Positions 44,185-58,323 of a stretch of DNA of 64,000 nt are shown here, piece after piece; position 1 is the first letter of the stretch; every line of letters starts with the position of its first letter. Source of the DNA: Lytechinus pictus (lineage: Eukaryota). The position numbers and the translations under genes are program-made. A model generated the notes under the pieces. It was not told the DNA's origin. It did not search any database and worked only from the letters and a program-made list of their open reading frames with translations. The DNA lies in NCBI RefSeq assembly GCF_037042905.1, contig NC_087245.1, positions 4,962,001 to 5,026,000 on the forward strand. Direction: 5' to 3'.

Positions 44185-46482
44185 GGGCATTTTCACGGTA
44201 ACTGACATTACACGGCACAATGTTTTCACACCTTTCATTGTGTGTATCTCTAAAACAACAAATGATGGGAGTTTGCTTTTGATAGAGTTAATAAAGTGAA
44301 CCTTGCTGTATACTCTGATACTAAGTTTTCCTATGAAAACATTTTTTTACGCATCAGCAAGCAAAAATGTGTCGGTAACTGACATTACGCAAAAGGACAT
44401 GCAATTTCAGGGTGTCCATTAAAATTGAAATATCTCATGTCCCTGAGTAGATAGAGTAATAATTTGAATATGTAAATATACCTCCGTTACTAGGTTAAGA
44501 TGTGTCAAAATATTAAAAAATTTGTTTTTGTCTTTTGGGGACTATGATAATTTTTCAACAACCATGCTGGTAACTGACATTACGGTAACTGACATTACAC
44601 TTAATTTGCCATAGAGATAACACATGGAAGTCAAATGTGTGGAATCATTGCATTGTATCTTCTGTGCAGGGCTTCACATGAAAGTGAGCTTGATGTGGAA
44701 GTATACCCAAGTTTTTAGGAACATTTCAATGAAAAACTTTTTCTTTTTCTCAATTCCTTTCTTTGATTTGAACAATTTTATCATTACTTGTCGGTAACTG
44801 ACAATACACATTAACATTTACCAGTGCTATATGATTTTCAAAGGCATAATTTTCTTGGTACATGTACTTATATGTAAGGCTTTTTAAAATCATAAAAGTT
44901 TCATAATACTTCACATTTTTAATTATCAAAAGATAAGAAATGTATGTTTTACTTACTCGGGGGGGGGGGGGGGGGTCATAGCAGCTACATGTTTTCATGT
45001 AGTATTTTGATATTGCATTGACTGTACACATGGATTTTTCTGACTATACACCCATAATATATTCATCAGTTTTATATTGACTTTTTAAACCTATTCCTTC
45101 TCCAACCTCCCCCTCCCCTCAAAAAAGGCAAAAATGAATAAGGGTTTCCTCCCCTAGGCTACATGTACCCCTCCCCCGAATCTCATGCAGCCATGTAGTT
45201 TTATTGATTTCTATTCTGGTCAGTGCAAGCAATGCTTGTTCATATCTGTCGGATTTCAATTCTCTTCATAATTTGTTTAATCATTTTCTTTGCTAATTTC
45301 TTTTATAAGCTGTCAACAAAAAATAAACTATTTGTAAATTAGAAAAAAACACACCAGTTTTAGTAGATCCATGCAACATTGATCAGAACTGTCAAATTTC
45401 ACTTTTCATCTATACTTGTAAACCAAAAACAAAATTGTATCACACATCCACACTACTAACAGGTATAAAAACCAGGAATTCACTTTTAGCGAGGCAATGC
45501 TCAAAAGAATCCTAGAAACTAAAAAAGGGGACCCTGAAAATCCCCTTCATCACAATGTTAAGCTTTAAAAATGTTGCAGATTTAGGCAATAGGTTGGGAA
45601 AAGTACCCCCTACCCCCCCCCCCCCCCGAAAACCAAACAAAAAATTGTCTGATACAAACAATTATTTACTTGGTAAGTGCATGTACAAAACAATTTCATA
45701 GTAATTTTTTTTTGCACGATGGGAATGCAACTTCCTTCATAATTTCATATAGTATTCCTTGTGAACTATACCTTTTAAAAGTCAATAGCAAGCTCCTTCT
45801 GGTGTGACTTGACTTAAATAACAAGTATACAATATTTCTTCACCATAAAATTGACCACATATTTGCATTTCAATATTGGTAACCAACGTTTTATCATGGT
45901 AACTGACATTACATCTCGGTAACTGACATTACATTTTCCACTTGGTAACTGACATTACATATATTTAATGGTACCCTATGGCTTCATTGTTAATTGGTAA
46001 TCTTTAATTTTGGTATAGAAGGGAGGGGTGTTACCTAGAGAGGAAATCTACCAAGTTTCATATAATATATCCTCTTTTCCAGGAAATGAATAAAAAAGTT
46101 CATGTTTTCGGTAACTGACATTACATACCATATCACATACTTCATCAATGTTTTTTTATCAGATGAATGAATTACTGGTGTTTCTTTCTGTGGGATTTTA
46201 AAAAGTGTTATAATAGCAAGCTAAATCACAGGCGAAACCATCATGATCAAACCTGTTCTTTAAAAATCTGTCAAAACAAAATATGTATCAATATACTATT
46301 TTCAACACTAATTTGTATCCATACTTTGGCAGCCATTTTGAAATAAAAAATGGCTGCCAGAGTTGGAGAAAAAAATTTGTCTCAGAAACTTCAGGTCTTG
46401 TTTTATTAAAAAACATAAAGCATTTTACATGAATATCAACTTGATTTTTTTGCCTCTGTGTCCATCTGTGGTGAAAATGCCC
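44185..46482. mobile_element. 2.3-kb non-autonomous DNA transposon, possibly Sola-type
   Basis: 12-bp TIR gggcattttcac/gtgaaaatgccc, 4-bp TSD ttat, about 9 internal copies of ggtaactgacattac. Confidence 0.7.
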
Positions 46483-47255
46483 TTATGTAAATGACTTAAA
46501 TAAATGCACCACAAAAAAGGCATGACTCTTTAATAAAAAGATTCAAAGCAAAATAATAAGGTTGAACTATTTTTTTTTCTTCTTCACATTGACTAAAAAC
46601 TAATGTGTGAATATGAATGATATCTTATAAAAAACATTCAATGACATTTGAACATTTTTTCCTCAACAAAGTGGACGGGTTTACCAATCTCAAATTAAAG
46701 AGTGCTGGATGTCGGAAATTCTACTTAAAACTGAGCTTATCGACTTGTGTAGGATTATAATTTGACAGTATCAGGATAGGTGTGAGTAGGTCCAGCCATA
46801 CAATAGATAATAAACAACTACTGCACTTTTGCATTTAATAGAAATAAAATCTGAGAAAAAAATAAAAATATAACTTATATAAGTGACAATTTTCCCTTTG
46901 ATGTGTGCATACTCATCCATGGCTAGACGAATCAATTTAATTTTACACAGTAAGTACTTTGGTGTAGGTACATTACTAATCATTTTTCTAAAATATTTTC
47001 AAAGGAAATTTACATCATTTTGATTTACATGTAAGGGGAACTTACTTGTGTGTTATGTTTCATTTGCGACAAATATCACTTGCTACGATTGAATACCATA
47101 TCGAACAGTAGGGAACATTAAAGGAATGTCATACATACATGTACAATACTTGAGGAATTAAACAATCATTGCCTCTTACAAGTATGACCTGATCAAAGTA
47201 TAATTCTTCATCCTTGACATTATTTCAACAAGATATTGACTTCCTACATGTTGGT

Positions 47256-48670
47256 CAGTCCGACCTCTTTCATCCGGACACGTTGGGACCAGCACCAATC
47301 CGGATAAGGGATTTATCCGGATCTGGGAGACTTCATGTTAAATACAGGCCTATCCCCAACGGTAGCTACACGTAATCTATTGTAGTGGGCGCACACAGAC
47401 AGTATTTCACTGCTGTCAGTGCAAATCATTGCCGTTCTTTTACGGAAATGAACTTGTTTGCCATAACTCTTGGATAATTTACCTGCTGAAATGATTGAGA
47501 TATATACTGTACATCGAGCATACCTTGACAGAACGAGAATGACTCTATGAAACTGACATTGAACAAGGCAAAAGCGATTTTGTGTCTCGCCCACTTATGA
47601 AAATAACCAGAAATATCATGATTTGCGAGGGCACGCAACAGAATTGTATCGAAACTTCATTGTGAAAATGACTGGGATGGAATAACACTTGTCATAAGAG
47701 CCTTGCACGTAAACTTTAATGTTGACCTGTAAATAACCTTTGACCTAACCATGTGACCTACATCTGCAGCATAACATGCAGGTCCTCCAAGTCCATCTAC
47801 CATCCAAGTTTGGTTGAAAAGTGACTTTAATACGGTTGCGGAGTTAGGTGTCATAAGAGAGTCTTGCATGTAAACTTTAATGTTGACCTGAAAATGACCT
47901 TTGACCTTACCATGTGACCTCCGACTGCAGCATAACATGCAGGTCCTCCAAGTCCATCTACCATCCAAGTTTGGTTGAAAAGTGACTTACGGTTGCGGAG
48001 TTAGGTGTCATAAGAGAGTCTTGCATGTAAATTTTAACGTTGACCTGAAAATGACCTTTGACCTTTTGTGACCTCCGACTGCAGCATAACAAGCAGGTCC
48101 CCCAAGTCCATCTACCATCCAAGTTTGGTTGAAAAGCGACTTGTTGTGGAGTTATGTGTCATAAGGTTTGTGACGGACGGACGACATTTGGATCCCTAAG
48201 TCTCGCCTTCACCTCTGGTGGGGGAGACAAAAATGATCACAGCGGGCATCGCAGCTTCGCAGAGTCAGCCAATGTTACTTTGACTGTAGGCTCAAACATG
48301 ATAGATGGCGCTGCCCATAATGCAAGATGAAGCTTGAATGCGCGAGACATGTGCTGATGTTTTTTACCAGAAATAAAGAAAAGAAAGAGAACGTGATAAA
48401 ATGGTTGCGCTGTGCCCTGATTTACTGGAAATTGGAAAATTATCTTGTTTAAAGTACTTTTGGTGATTTGGATAAGATATTTTCATAACAAATAATCTGG
48501 TTGTAGGTAGACTACATTGGAAAATTTATGGAATCAAAGTGAGTTTGCGGAGTAATTTTAGATTGAACTCTCATTTCCTCACGGGCTAGATTGAAAAAAT
48601 CGGCAAGTGTGTGTCCGGATAATACAGAGATCCGGATAAGAAGAGGCCGGATAAGAGAGGTCGGACTGTA
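47256..48670. mobile_element. Tc1/pogo-type MITE with nested insertions
   Basis: cagtccgacctct...atccgga at the left and ccggataagagaggtcggactg-TA at the right. Confidence 0.65.
47691..48232 (+). repeat. Tandem ~155-bp core repeats (about 3 copies) followed by (GGAC)n and a terminal palindrome; Tsp/pearl-like Helentron-related element
   Basis: gtcataag at 47691, 47850, 48007 and 48158; gacggacggacg; gtctcgcc...ggggagac stem followed by an A-run. Confidence 0.6.
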
Positions 48671-49177
48671 ATTATATTCAACTTAAATCTATGTGTATAA
48701 AGGTGATTCCAATGTGTGCTTTAAAGCTTTATGTGAATGCTTGCTGGCAAATGTACACATAACATGCAGGCAGACTAAACATGGTAAAGAGCTACCAGGA
48801 TAATATAACAATAGGTTTCATGTTTTGAAACATAATACTCTGGTTTTCATTCAAAGCAATACTCACACTTGTGACAAACAAAATATGATAAATGCTTCAA
48901 CTATTTTATTCATTTATTTGTTTTTGTTTATAGCTCTTGCTTTTTGCTTTGTATTATATTCTAAAAAAAATATAACCTTTCTAATTCAAAAATATGTTGA
49001 CATTGATAATCACGGTGTCTTACAAAAAGTTTTATGTTTTGACTATAAATTATTTGATGATAACTAGAGCAAGGTTGACTGCAGGTAGACAGAGAACAGG
49101 ATTTTCAAAACAGGATATTCACAGCAAAGAGTGCACGGATTCAGAAAATAAGATATTTGACAGTAAAGATTACTCAC

Positions 49178-49260
49178 TCTGTGAAGTCTATGAAACGTAC
49201 ATGTCCATGAAATAATGCACCTTCAGGCACCGAATGCAGCTTTTCAGTCATAAGATTAAT
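49178..49260 (-). CDS. UST-like: 2-O-sulfotransferase-like, exon 4
   Basis: PEGALFHGHVRFIDF, equivalent to the HS2ST catalytic-His region; donor gtgagt. Confidence 0.9.
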
Positions 49261-50128
49261 CTGTCCATTACAAAAATACAGAATTAAGTTATTCTTTTAC
49301 TGATAGACCCAGTACCTAGCTACATGTATGCTATCATGAGTGTCAAGATATATATTTAACACTCTTCAATATATTGGAATCATAGCAAAATCTATAAAAG
49401 TCAATTACAAGTAAAGATTACATGAAAAAAATAGAGGACATAATTATATTGAAACACATAATATAGGTGATTTATTAAACAATGGATCTTGTTAGGAGTG
49501 TGACCTTTTGACTTTAAAAAATGTATTAGCTACAAGCTGAAGTCAGGGCATTATAGGCAAAACCCCCCAAATCATTGATTCGCACAAGACTATCTTGAAA
49601 AGCTCATAAAAGCTCTTGTTTTTAAATTGAGAAAAAGAACCAAAGAGCATAAAAGAGCTTAAAATGAAAGATGCTATAACTTATTATTGGATTATCCATT
49701 GGCACACAATATAATTTAATGCTGAATACAATTTTTGTTAACAAATTTTTGTTGGCCTTGTTAGAATCTGATCATGTCCTATCAAGTCCCAAATGCACAC
49801 ACTGATGTTAGTAGTTTAACATCAGCTAAAATTTCTACAATATCAATCTTTCATAATCAAGACAAAAGGGAATATTCCTCATTTTCTTGGTTGTTTCAAC
49901 TATGTAAATATGTAAACTGTGCAATATTTTAGCAACTCTGGGGAATTTTTTTTTACATGGATAAAATGTTAACAATGGCGAAACGGTTCTTCTTTTGGTG
50001 GTTGTTTGAGCAATGTTTATACGTTGTGGCTCAGCGCTTAGGGTGATACTGCAAACTCTTCAAAAGTCACTCTTCAATATATAACCCAGCATGATGTATT
50101 TCAAATCTTCATAAGTTGAGTTTCTTAC

Positions 50129-50272
50129 CATCTTGTCCTCTTCACTATTTTCAAGAAGGTAAGGCAAGTCATTGATTACACTGATGTTGTTTATTTCCTT
50201 TAAGATCCAAGATGTCCATACAAACGTTCTACTCCCACACTTTGGAACACTAATGTATACAACATTGCTGGT
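50129..50272 (-). CDS. UST-like: 2-O-sulfotransferase-like, exon 3 (5'-PSB loop)
   Basis: VVYISVPKCGSRTF, compare UST NRVGKCGSRT; donor gtaag. Confidence 0.92.
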
Positions 50273-50716
50273 CTGAAAAGGAAAATGTAAAAATGGATAG
50301 GGGATGATAATACAGAGGAATTGTTACAAATTTGAAATCGATTTATGTATCATTCTTTCAAACATTCAGGATAATCATGCTATAATGATCATCATAATGT
50401 ATTGGGTGTGTATACATCAAAATGAATATAGAATTTAAACAATTCACAAGAATTTTTATTTTGATTGGCTTAGAAGCAGGTAAAATATACTGTCAGACAA
50501 AACACCTAACAATTTTTTTTATGTAATGGTCGCTAGACCTTGCATTTTACTCATTGATTATTTATCATCAGGAAGAACATCACAATAGTTATGACCTTTG
50601 TTACATATTCACTAGCTAAATTCAAGCCACTGTGTTCAATCGTATAAGTCATATTTCAACTGAATTGGTGTTTAAGGTTTCCTTACCATTACCTTGGAAT
50701 GATATAAGTAGCCTAC

Positions 50717-50799
50717 CTTTTTCTCCACTAGATTTCCATAAGCTGTGTTGTTGATTGAAGCTAAAAATTCAGGATCCTCAGGGCAGTTGTTATAATACT
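50717..50799 (-). CDS. UST-like: 2-O-sulfotransferase-like, exon 2 (stem region)
   Basis: Acceptor ttttattttcag; EYYNNCPEDPEFLAS...VEKK. In-phase alternative donors give ends at 50693 or 50687. Confidence 0.65.
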
Positions 50800-52344
50800 C
50801 TGAAAATAAAATCAATAAAATGGTAACAAGCTTGAGAAATATAATGAATCTAGATTAAGTGTTTGGACTTGGTACAAAAGATACATGATGCATGATGTCT
50901 TTGAATGTGTCTGATAAACAATGAGACCCAAAACCTGATAACCCAGAGTCAAACCATGGTGCTAATACAGACACCACTGTATAAATGTAGACCTACACAT
51001 TAAAATGATGAATACATAACAAATGCATGTTGGCTTATGTTGATGCCTTTGACCTTTATCATGTAAACTTGTAAAGATCAACACCAAATAACATGTATAG
51101 AAACCCATCATAGAGTTATTTCTTTCTGGCATGACAGGTGTAACTTAATTCTACACAACCCTCCAGCTGTAGGTGCAACACTCAAATCAAGTGCATTGCT
51201 ATCTTTATGCAGAAGTATACCTGGAATGCATAAAAAATTGAGAGGAAATGAAATTTGCCTTCTCTCAAATAGAAAGATATGGCAAGATCCTGATGTGGTG
51301 CTCATTTTTAGTTCAGAACTACAATTTATGGCTATTAAAAAGCTTGTGTAAAAAGTTTGCAAACAGATGACTGATTCTGGGAGTCCTTGTATATAAATGA
51401 TCATTAGAAATTTGGATAGGTATTTAGCAATTTTCAATTGCTCCCCTACAAACAGGCCACATGTGTTCATGAACAATACATAATTTTCCAGTTAGGCTAC
51501 TAGTTGACTACCTATTAGCTTTGAAACTTTTTGCAATTTCTTTTCTATTCTTTATCATAGGTTCCACTGTTGTACATCTTCACCTTCACAAAACACATTA
51601 CTATTCTACATCTTTCAGCCTATTGATAGTTTGGTTTTAGATTTTAGATATGGTCCTGAGCAATATGCTTTCTATAATCAAGACATGGTCCCTTTACAGA
51701 GGATTTGGAGGTAGCTAGGTAAATAGAACACAGTGAAGTAAACAAAACTCATTGACAGACACACTCATCAGTGTCAGTAAACATATGATCTTTTGAAGTG
51801 CACTGGGGCATTAACTTAGCTTTCTTTGTCCTTGCCTGAAGATTGCTAAGGCTTTATTATCATGCAAAAAGCTATATTTGTCAGCAAGAATTGATTATGC
51901 ACATTAGTACTGTAAAAATGAGTACGCCAGTGCTCATTCACTTCGTGGCTGATCCATCACACAGTTCTCTACATGTATGAGCTGTACAAACTTTCAATCC
52001 ATATGCTAATATCTGACTTGTATGCACCTTAAACCCCTTTAATCACATTATATTGCATACCAAGCATGTTATGATAGAAATATGATGTCATGAGCTTACA
52101 TCTTGTTAAAAAAAAAATTCCATAATGAGCTAATACACAAACATTCAATGAACACACTTTTTCTCCAAAAATTTTGTCTTAACAAATATGTTGCTGCTCT
52201 TTCTTGTATGGTGTCTAAACATCACTATCACTGATTTTAGAATAGTTATACTCAACAGGCTATCAAAATCAAGTCAGAACTGTCGCACCCTAGGACATTA
52301 GCACACACGCTCTCATTATTGACAGTGTTTTAATCTGAACTAAC

Positions 52345-52516
52345 CTTTGGTGTTGGTCAAGATATGTTGACTTTGAGAAAGAGCCTGTCTGATCCTAGTA
52401 CCTGTCCTTGTATCCATCCAATCATAATGTTCCTCATGGATAATAAAAAGGAAATAGGCACCACTTATGAGAGAGAATCCCACCAGCATCCAAGCACATA
52501 TCCTAGCTTTACGCAT
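52345..52516 (-). CDS. UST-like: 2-O-sulfotransferase-like, first coding exon (type II TM anchor)
   Basis: MRKARICAWMLVGFSLISGAYFLFII...; phase 1 donor matches exon 2. The eight exons give a 354-aa protein. Confidence 0.8.
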
Positions 52517-53755
52517 CTTACTGAGATGGTCAGTGGTGTCACTGCATAATGTGGGCAAGAACAAAGAAAAAGGGGATGATGGCTGTAGTACAAGAAAATA
52601 TGACTCTTATTCTCAGTTCTCTTAGTAAGTTTGGTTTGGTCTGGTTAAGCTAGGAGAGCTGGGCTTAACTTTTATGTTGCAGGGCACGTGCCACATCCAC
52701 AGCTGACCTAAAAAAAGGCATGTAAGGAAGAGTGATAATAAGCAGCTGATCCATAGTGTTTTGATTCATTATTTTTTTCTACCTTTCAAGGACATAACAA
52801 TTTTTCACATTTTCCAATCGTATGATAGGGAGAGAAAGATTTTGAATTCCACATTTTTCATATAAATTTGAAAAAATAGAATATGCTCAAGATCTAAAGA
52901 CCAAGGCTTTTGGTCTAACCTGAATGAAGTATAAGGAAGTCTTTGTTGTGTGTAGTATAAATTATTATATCAAATTCTTCAAATGACTTCCATGAGCCTT
53001 AAAACCCTTGTATTGGACAGGCTGGAAATACAAGTTTTCATTTTTATGGAAATTAACTTAGACACGAATTGATGGGACCAAACTTCAAGATGGGGTAAAA
53101 GTGAATGCAATTGATTTATTTTGTTTGAGATGGTGAACTCTGAGAAAAAAAACTGTTTTACTACGAATAGTGTTAACCATGATATAGTTCATTTTCTTTG
53201 CCAACATCAGGCTTATATCACTTTTCCCTATTTGTTTTTCTGACCTTCTCCCTCCATTCAAGATGTGTGCACTGTGCCTGGCAGCTCAAGCCGCTGTTCA
53301 CATCCTGTACTCACCAAGTGCTCCCTGTCAGACTGCCTGCAAAGCTAGCTGGCAGCAAACAGATGAACATTTTCACAAGTTATAAACTTTTTAAAAATTT
53401 TACTGTTATGCTTTATGTGATGTGATGAGGAATATACAGGTGGAAGGGAAATAAAAGAATACAATGACTCATTCTTTGAACAGGGTATTTATTCATACTG
53501 ACAAAAATTCTTGCTTAGGCTGTTGGCCCATGGGACAAGGGTAGCCTACTATCTTAAGTTCCTTTGATGTGGATAGTTCTAGCAGGATCCTCAAGCCGAT
53601 TCATGGTATAATTTCAATTCTAAATCTAAAGTAAAAACTTACGGACATTTGACCCCGCAAGTCTTCATCATGTTCACTGGGTCCATGATCTTGAACTCTA
53701 CCGCTTCTCGAGTTGTAGACACCAGATGGCCTGGTGAGCACTGGAATGGTACAAC

Positions 53756-53784
53756 CATGGAGCTACTACTGTGTTAGCTCCATG
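53756..53784. mobile_element. P-superfamily-like excision footprint
   Basis: gtacaac|CATGGAGCTActactgtgtTAGCTCCATG|gttcaat. Confidence 0.5.
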
Positions 53785-56108
53785 GTTCAATCAATCATTA
53801 CATGATTAGTGTCTAACAAACACTTATTTTCAGGTCAGAATAGTTGAGTGCACTATTAAATCTACTTGTGTTTGCCTCATTGGTTTTCTTTTAGGACTAC
53901 GATAGAAGTCTAGGCAGCCTCCCAAGCAATAATGGAATTTTAGTATAACGTTAGATCTAACTTTATTCCCCACTCCACCGTCTTGTGCACGGTATCATCC
54001 CCCTGAAATTCCAGTCTGTCTGAAATTCCAGTCTGTGCCTTGATGTCAGGAAGCTGCCACTCGTTAGACCTTCATCCATATAATCGTGGTAAGTGCTTAA
54101 TTTCTATTTTAACTATTTATTATTACAATTATTTAGACCATACTTCACGCTACTACCGTGGGTATGGGGAATTACACGGTAAGCCCCTGGGCTCCGGACC
54201 GCTGCGCGGGCCGGAGCTCCCTGGGTTAAGTGGAGTGGAGCCTGCACGAACTTCGCTCGCTCGAGGTAACCCCGGTCCCGGAGCTGAGGCAGACTTGACA
54301 GTGTTTATACCGTACGCACCCACCTGCGTGGGTGGGAGCAAATTTCCCTGCTAACTGCACTCTCATTTTCATCTTTAACATTGCAATTTTGAAAAGGTGC
54401 AAATTAGAATACCTAAGCTAAGGGGTACCATTCTAAACAACTAACCTTACTCGTAATCTTACCTTCAAACGGCTTCACAATGCAGTGGTATTAGGTTCGT
54501 GATAATGGTCAGCGGCGCAGCACTTTCGATCTGATCCTTAATTCCATCCACAATTACAACGCAACACATCGACTGTATGCGGTACTTGCATCTATGGGCA
54601 GCCAAAAGGGCCAAAATTAACCATCTCAAAACTAAAGAAATTTTCAGAAATACATGTAGTATCTCAGAAATGAATGCAGTCTCTCAGAAAAAAATTGCCG
54701 TTTCTTAGAAATAAATTACCTTCCTCATAAGTAAAATGGTATATCAGAAAGGGCGACCTCCGAGACTTAATTTATGCAAGCGTATTCTGGAGAGTGTTTG
54801 ACCAAGCTCCTGACCTTTTACTCGGCAAACTTGCAAAGTGTTTCCAAATTTATGAGATTGATGGTCCATATTTGGCAGGATCTTGGATTGGATGGAGCCA
54901 CGTGGCTGAGGGTTTCCGCCCTTTTCTTTATGTGAGCGTGTGTGTGTGTCGTATGCAGGATGGGGGCAAAGATATTTGTGTTTGTACGGGGATAAGCTTT
55001 GGGGATAAGGTTCTAATTTGCGTGTGTACGAGTGAAGGGAGAGTGAGAGGGAGAGAGAGAGAGAGGGAGTGAGAGTTAGAGAAGAGGGGGGGGGGGGAGA
55101 GGGAATTGATCCTTCAGCTGTTTGTCCTCATTCTAGTCCGATTTCTTTATTTTGGCTTCTGTTCTCCTTTTCTTTAGGGCGGTATTTTTTGTTTTTGTTT
55201 CTATCTCGGCGCTTCCCTCTTGAAAACTTTTAGATAATTATAATCTTATATCTGCCTTTTTTTATTGTAACGTTTCATGATTTTATACTTTTTCATCATT
55301 TGTAAATATTGTGATTGTTATGATTTATTTTAATAAAAACTTAAATTAAAAAAAAAGATTAAAAAAAAAAGAAATTTAACATTCAGAAATGAATATATTA
55401 CCTTGGACGAATAGTACAGAATAGTCAGAAGTAAAAGTATTTAACCAGAAATGGATATAATTGAGAAATAAAAGACAACTCAGAAATAAATCTTGTCGAT
55501 CATAGATAAAAGATATCAGAAATATTAGACTCATTCAGAAAAAAATATCGTAACTGAAATAGCAGTATATTTCAGAAATGAATGTCATCGACGTTCAGAA
55601 ATAGATAATCTCGCAAATAAAACAATTTCAAAAACTAAGAAAACACTAGAAATAAAGATAACTACAGAAATAAAAGCAACCACAGAAATAGAGACAACCG
55701 CAGAATCATAAGTTTACGCGGAATTAAAACAATATTTCTTGGAAATAAACAAAATTACAGATTTGCATGCTTTTGCAGGAATATGTTATCACAAAAATAA
55801 ACGAAACTACTGAAAATGAGTCTAAGGCGAAAAAATGTTTGTTCTCAAAAATAAAAGTTGGAACTCGCAAATTAATGTTCGTTCTCAAAAATAAAAGTTG
55901 GAACTCGCATTTACATTGACAATTGGAATGCCGGGCGTAGCTGGAAAAAGAACGTTATTTATTGTTCGGTGCATGCTGCATTGCGATGCGGTCCATGCGC
56001 GGCATGCATGCTATGCATAATGGTCGTCCAAGACCAAGCACAAAATAATTTGACCAGCAACCCGTCCAACATTCGAACAATTCGGTAGTACACATGTCGT
56101 CGTGGCCT

Positions 56109-57720
56109 CCCAGATAGCAAAGTATCTGGGGCCCATATGGGAATCATGTGGGCCTACTGGGGCCCATATGTACCATGTAAAACCCATATGTGGCCCATAT
56201 GGTTTGTCCCACCTAGAACCCAGATAATAAAAACCATATGGGCCCCATGTGGTATCTATATGGGCGATGTGGTCTTATTTCAGGGTCGACCGAGCCCAGA
56301 TAGAAACATATAAAACCCATATGGGGCCTATATGGGTTTTCCCACCTAGAACCCACATAATAAAACCATATGGGCCCCATGTGGTATCTATATGGGCGAA
56401 GTGGCATAATTATGGATCGACTGAGCCCAGATAGAAACATATACAACCCATATGGGGCCTATAAGGGTTTTCCCACCTAGAACCCACATAATAAAACCAT
56501 ATGGGCCCCATGTGGTATCTATATGGGCGAAGTGGCATAATTATGGATCGCCTGAGCCCATATAGGAACATATAAAACCCATATGGGGCCCATATGGGTT
56601 TTCCCACCTAGAACCCACATAATAAAACCATATGGGCCCCATGTGGTATCTATATGGGCGAAGTGGCATAATTATGGATCGACTGAGCCCAGATAGAAAC
56701 ATATAAAGCCCATATGGGGCCTATATGGGTTTTCCCACCTAGAACCCACATAATAAAACAATATGGGCCCCATGTGGTACCTATATGGGCGAAGTGGCAT
56801 AATTATGGATCGCCTGAGCCCATATAGGAACATATAAAACCCATATGGGGCCCATATTGGTTTTCCCACCTAGAACCCACATAATAAAACCATATGGGCC
56901 CCATGTGGTATCTATATGGGCGAAGTGGCATAATTATGGATCGACTGAGCCCAGATAGAAACATATAAAACCCATATGGGTTTTCCCACCTAGAACCCAC
57001 ATAATAAAACCATATGGGCCCCATGTGGTATCTATATGGGCGAAGTGGCATATTTCTGGGTCGACTGAGCCCAGATAGAAAAATATAAAACCCATTTGGG
57101 GCCCATATGGGTCCTCCCACGAATCCATATAATAAAACCATATGGGCCCCATGTTGTTTCCATATGGGCGGTGTGGCTTATCGCCTGATCCCAGATAGAG
57201 ACATATCTAACCCATATGGGGCCTATATTGGTCTTCCCACCTAAAACCTACGAAGTAAAACCATATGGGCCCCACTTTGTATGTATATGGGATCGCTTGA
57301 GCCCAGAAAGAAACGTATCAAACCCATATGGGCCCTATATATTGGTCCTACCTGAAACCAAAAAATAAGTAAACCATATGGGTCCCATGCGCCATCTATA
57401 GGGGCGATGATGTTTATCGCCTGAGCCCAGATAGAGACATATCAAACCCATATGGGGCCCATATGGGTCCTCCCACGAACCCACACTATAAAACCATATG
57501 GGCCCCATGTGGTATCTATATGGGCGATGTGTCTCATCGCCTGAGCCCAGATAGAAACATATCAAACCCATATTGGCCCCATCTGGGTTCTACCTAGAAC
57601 CCATGAAATAAAACCATATAGACTCCATGTGGTATCTACATGGGCGGTGTGGCTTATCGCCTAAGCCAAGATTGAGACATATTAAACCCATACGGGGCCA
57701 AATGAATCCTCCAAACTACA
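56109..57720 (+). repeat. 131-bp tandem satellite rich in CCCATATGGG palindromes, starting with a CCCAG terminus
   Basis: cacctagaaccca at 56343, 56474, 56605, 56736 and 56867 (period 131), degenerating distally. The same start sequence occurs at 63574. Confidence 0.9.
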
Positions 57721-58292
57721 ATCCACATAAAATAGTAGAACTAATAATTGGCCATATGCAGTATCTCTGTAGGCGATGTGGTCTGATATAAATCTATTAA
57801 TCTACTGATAGACACATAATAAATCCATAGGTAGCACACACATGTGTGTATCGAATGGGTCTGTATGTATACATTGGCGATACAGGGGCCGAAGGGACCG
57901 CCCCCCACCCCCATATTGGTGGTCTAAAAATCAGGGGGGAAAGGAAAAAGAGAGGAAAACAAAAAGGAGAGGAAATGGAAAAAAATAAGAGTGGACAGGA
58001 GAAGAGAAAAGATAAAGTGGGAGAGAGAGAGACCGGGCTTTGCATGTAACCGAAATGAAATGGCGCTTTATAAATGCCCAACTATTATTATTATTATTAC
58101 ATTAAAGAAAAAGACGAGGGGGGGGGGGGGGCTGGGAACAATATAGGACGTTACATCGTGGAAAAATCTGCTCACGCTAATTCGCACTCGCCTTTTTTAG
58201 ATATTGTGCAGGGGAATGGTTAACTCATCACTTCACGGGGAATTATTTCATAAAAAGAAGAAAAACTATCAAAATGTGTGTATGTTTTGTTT

Positions 58293-58323
<31 letters not shown>

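Noticed and set aside
56109..57720. CRISPR array or repeat-protein ORFs (MGPIW...)
   Set aside because: The whole 131-bp unit repeats, the period is not a multiple of 3, and the ORFs are by-products of the satellite.
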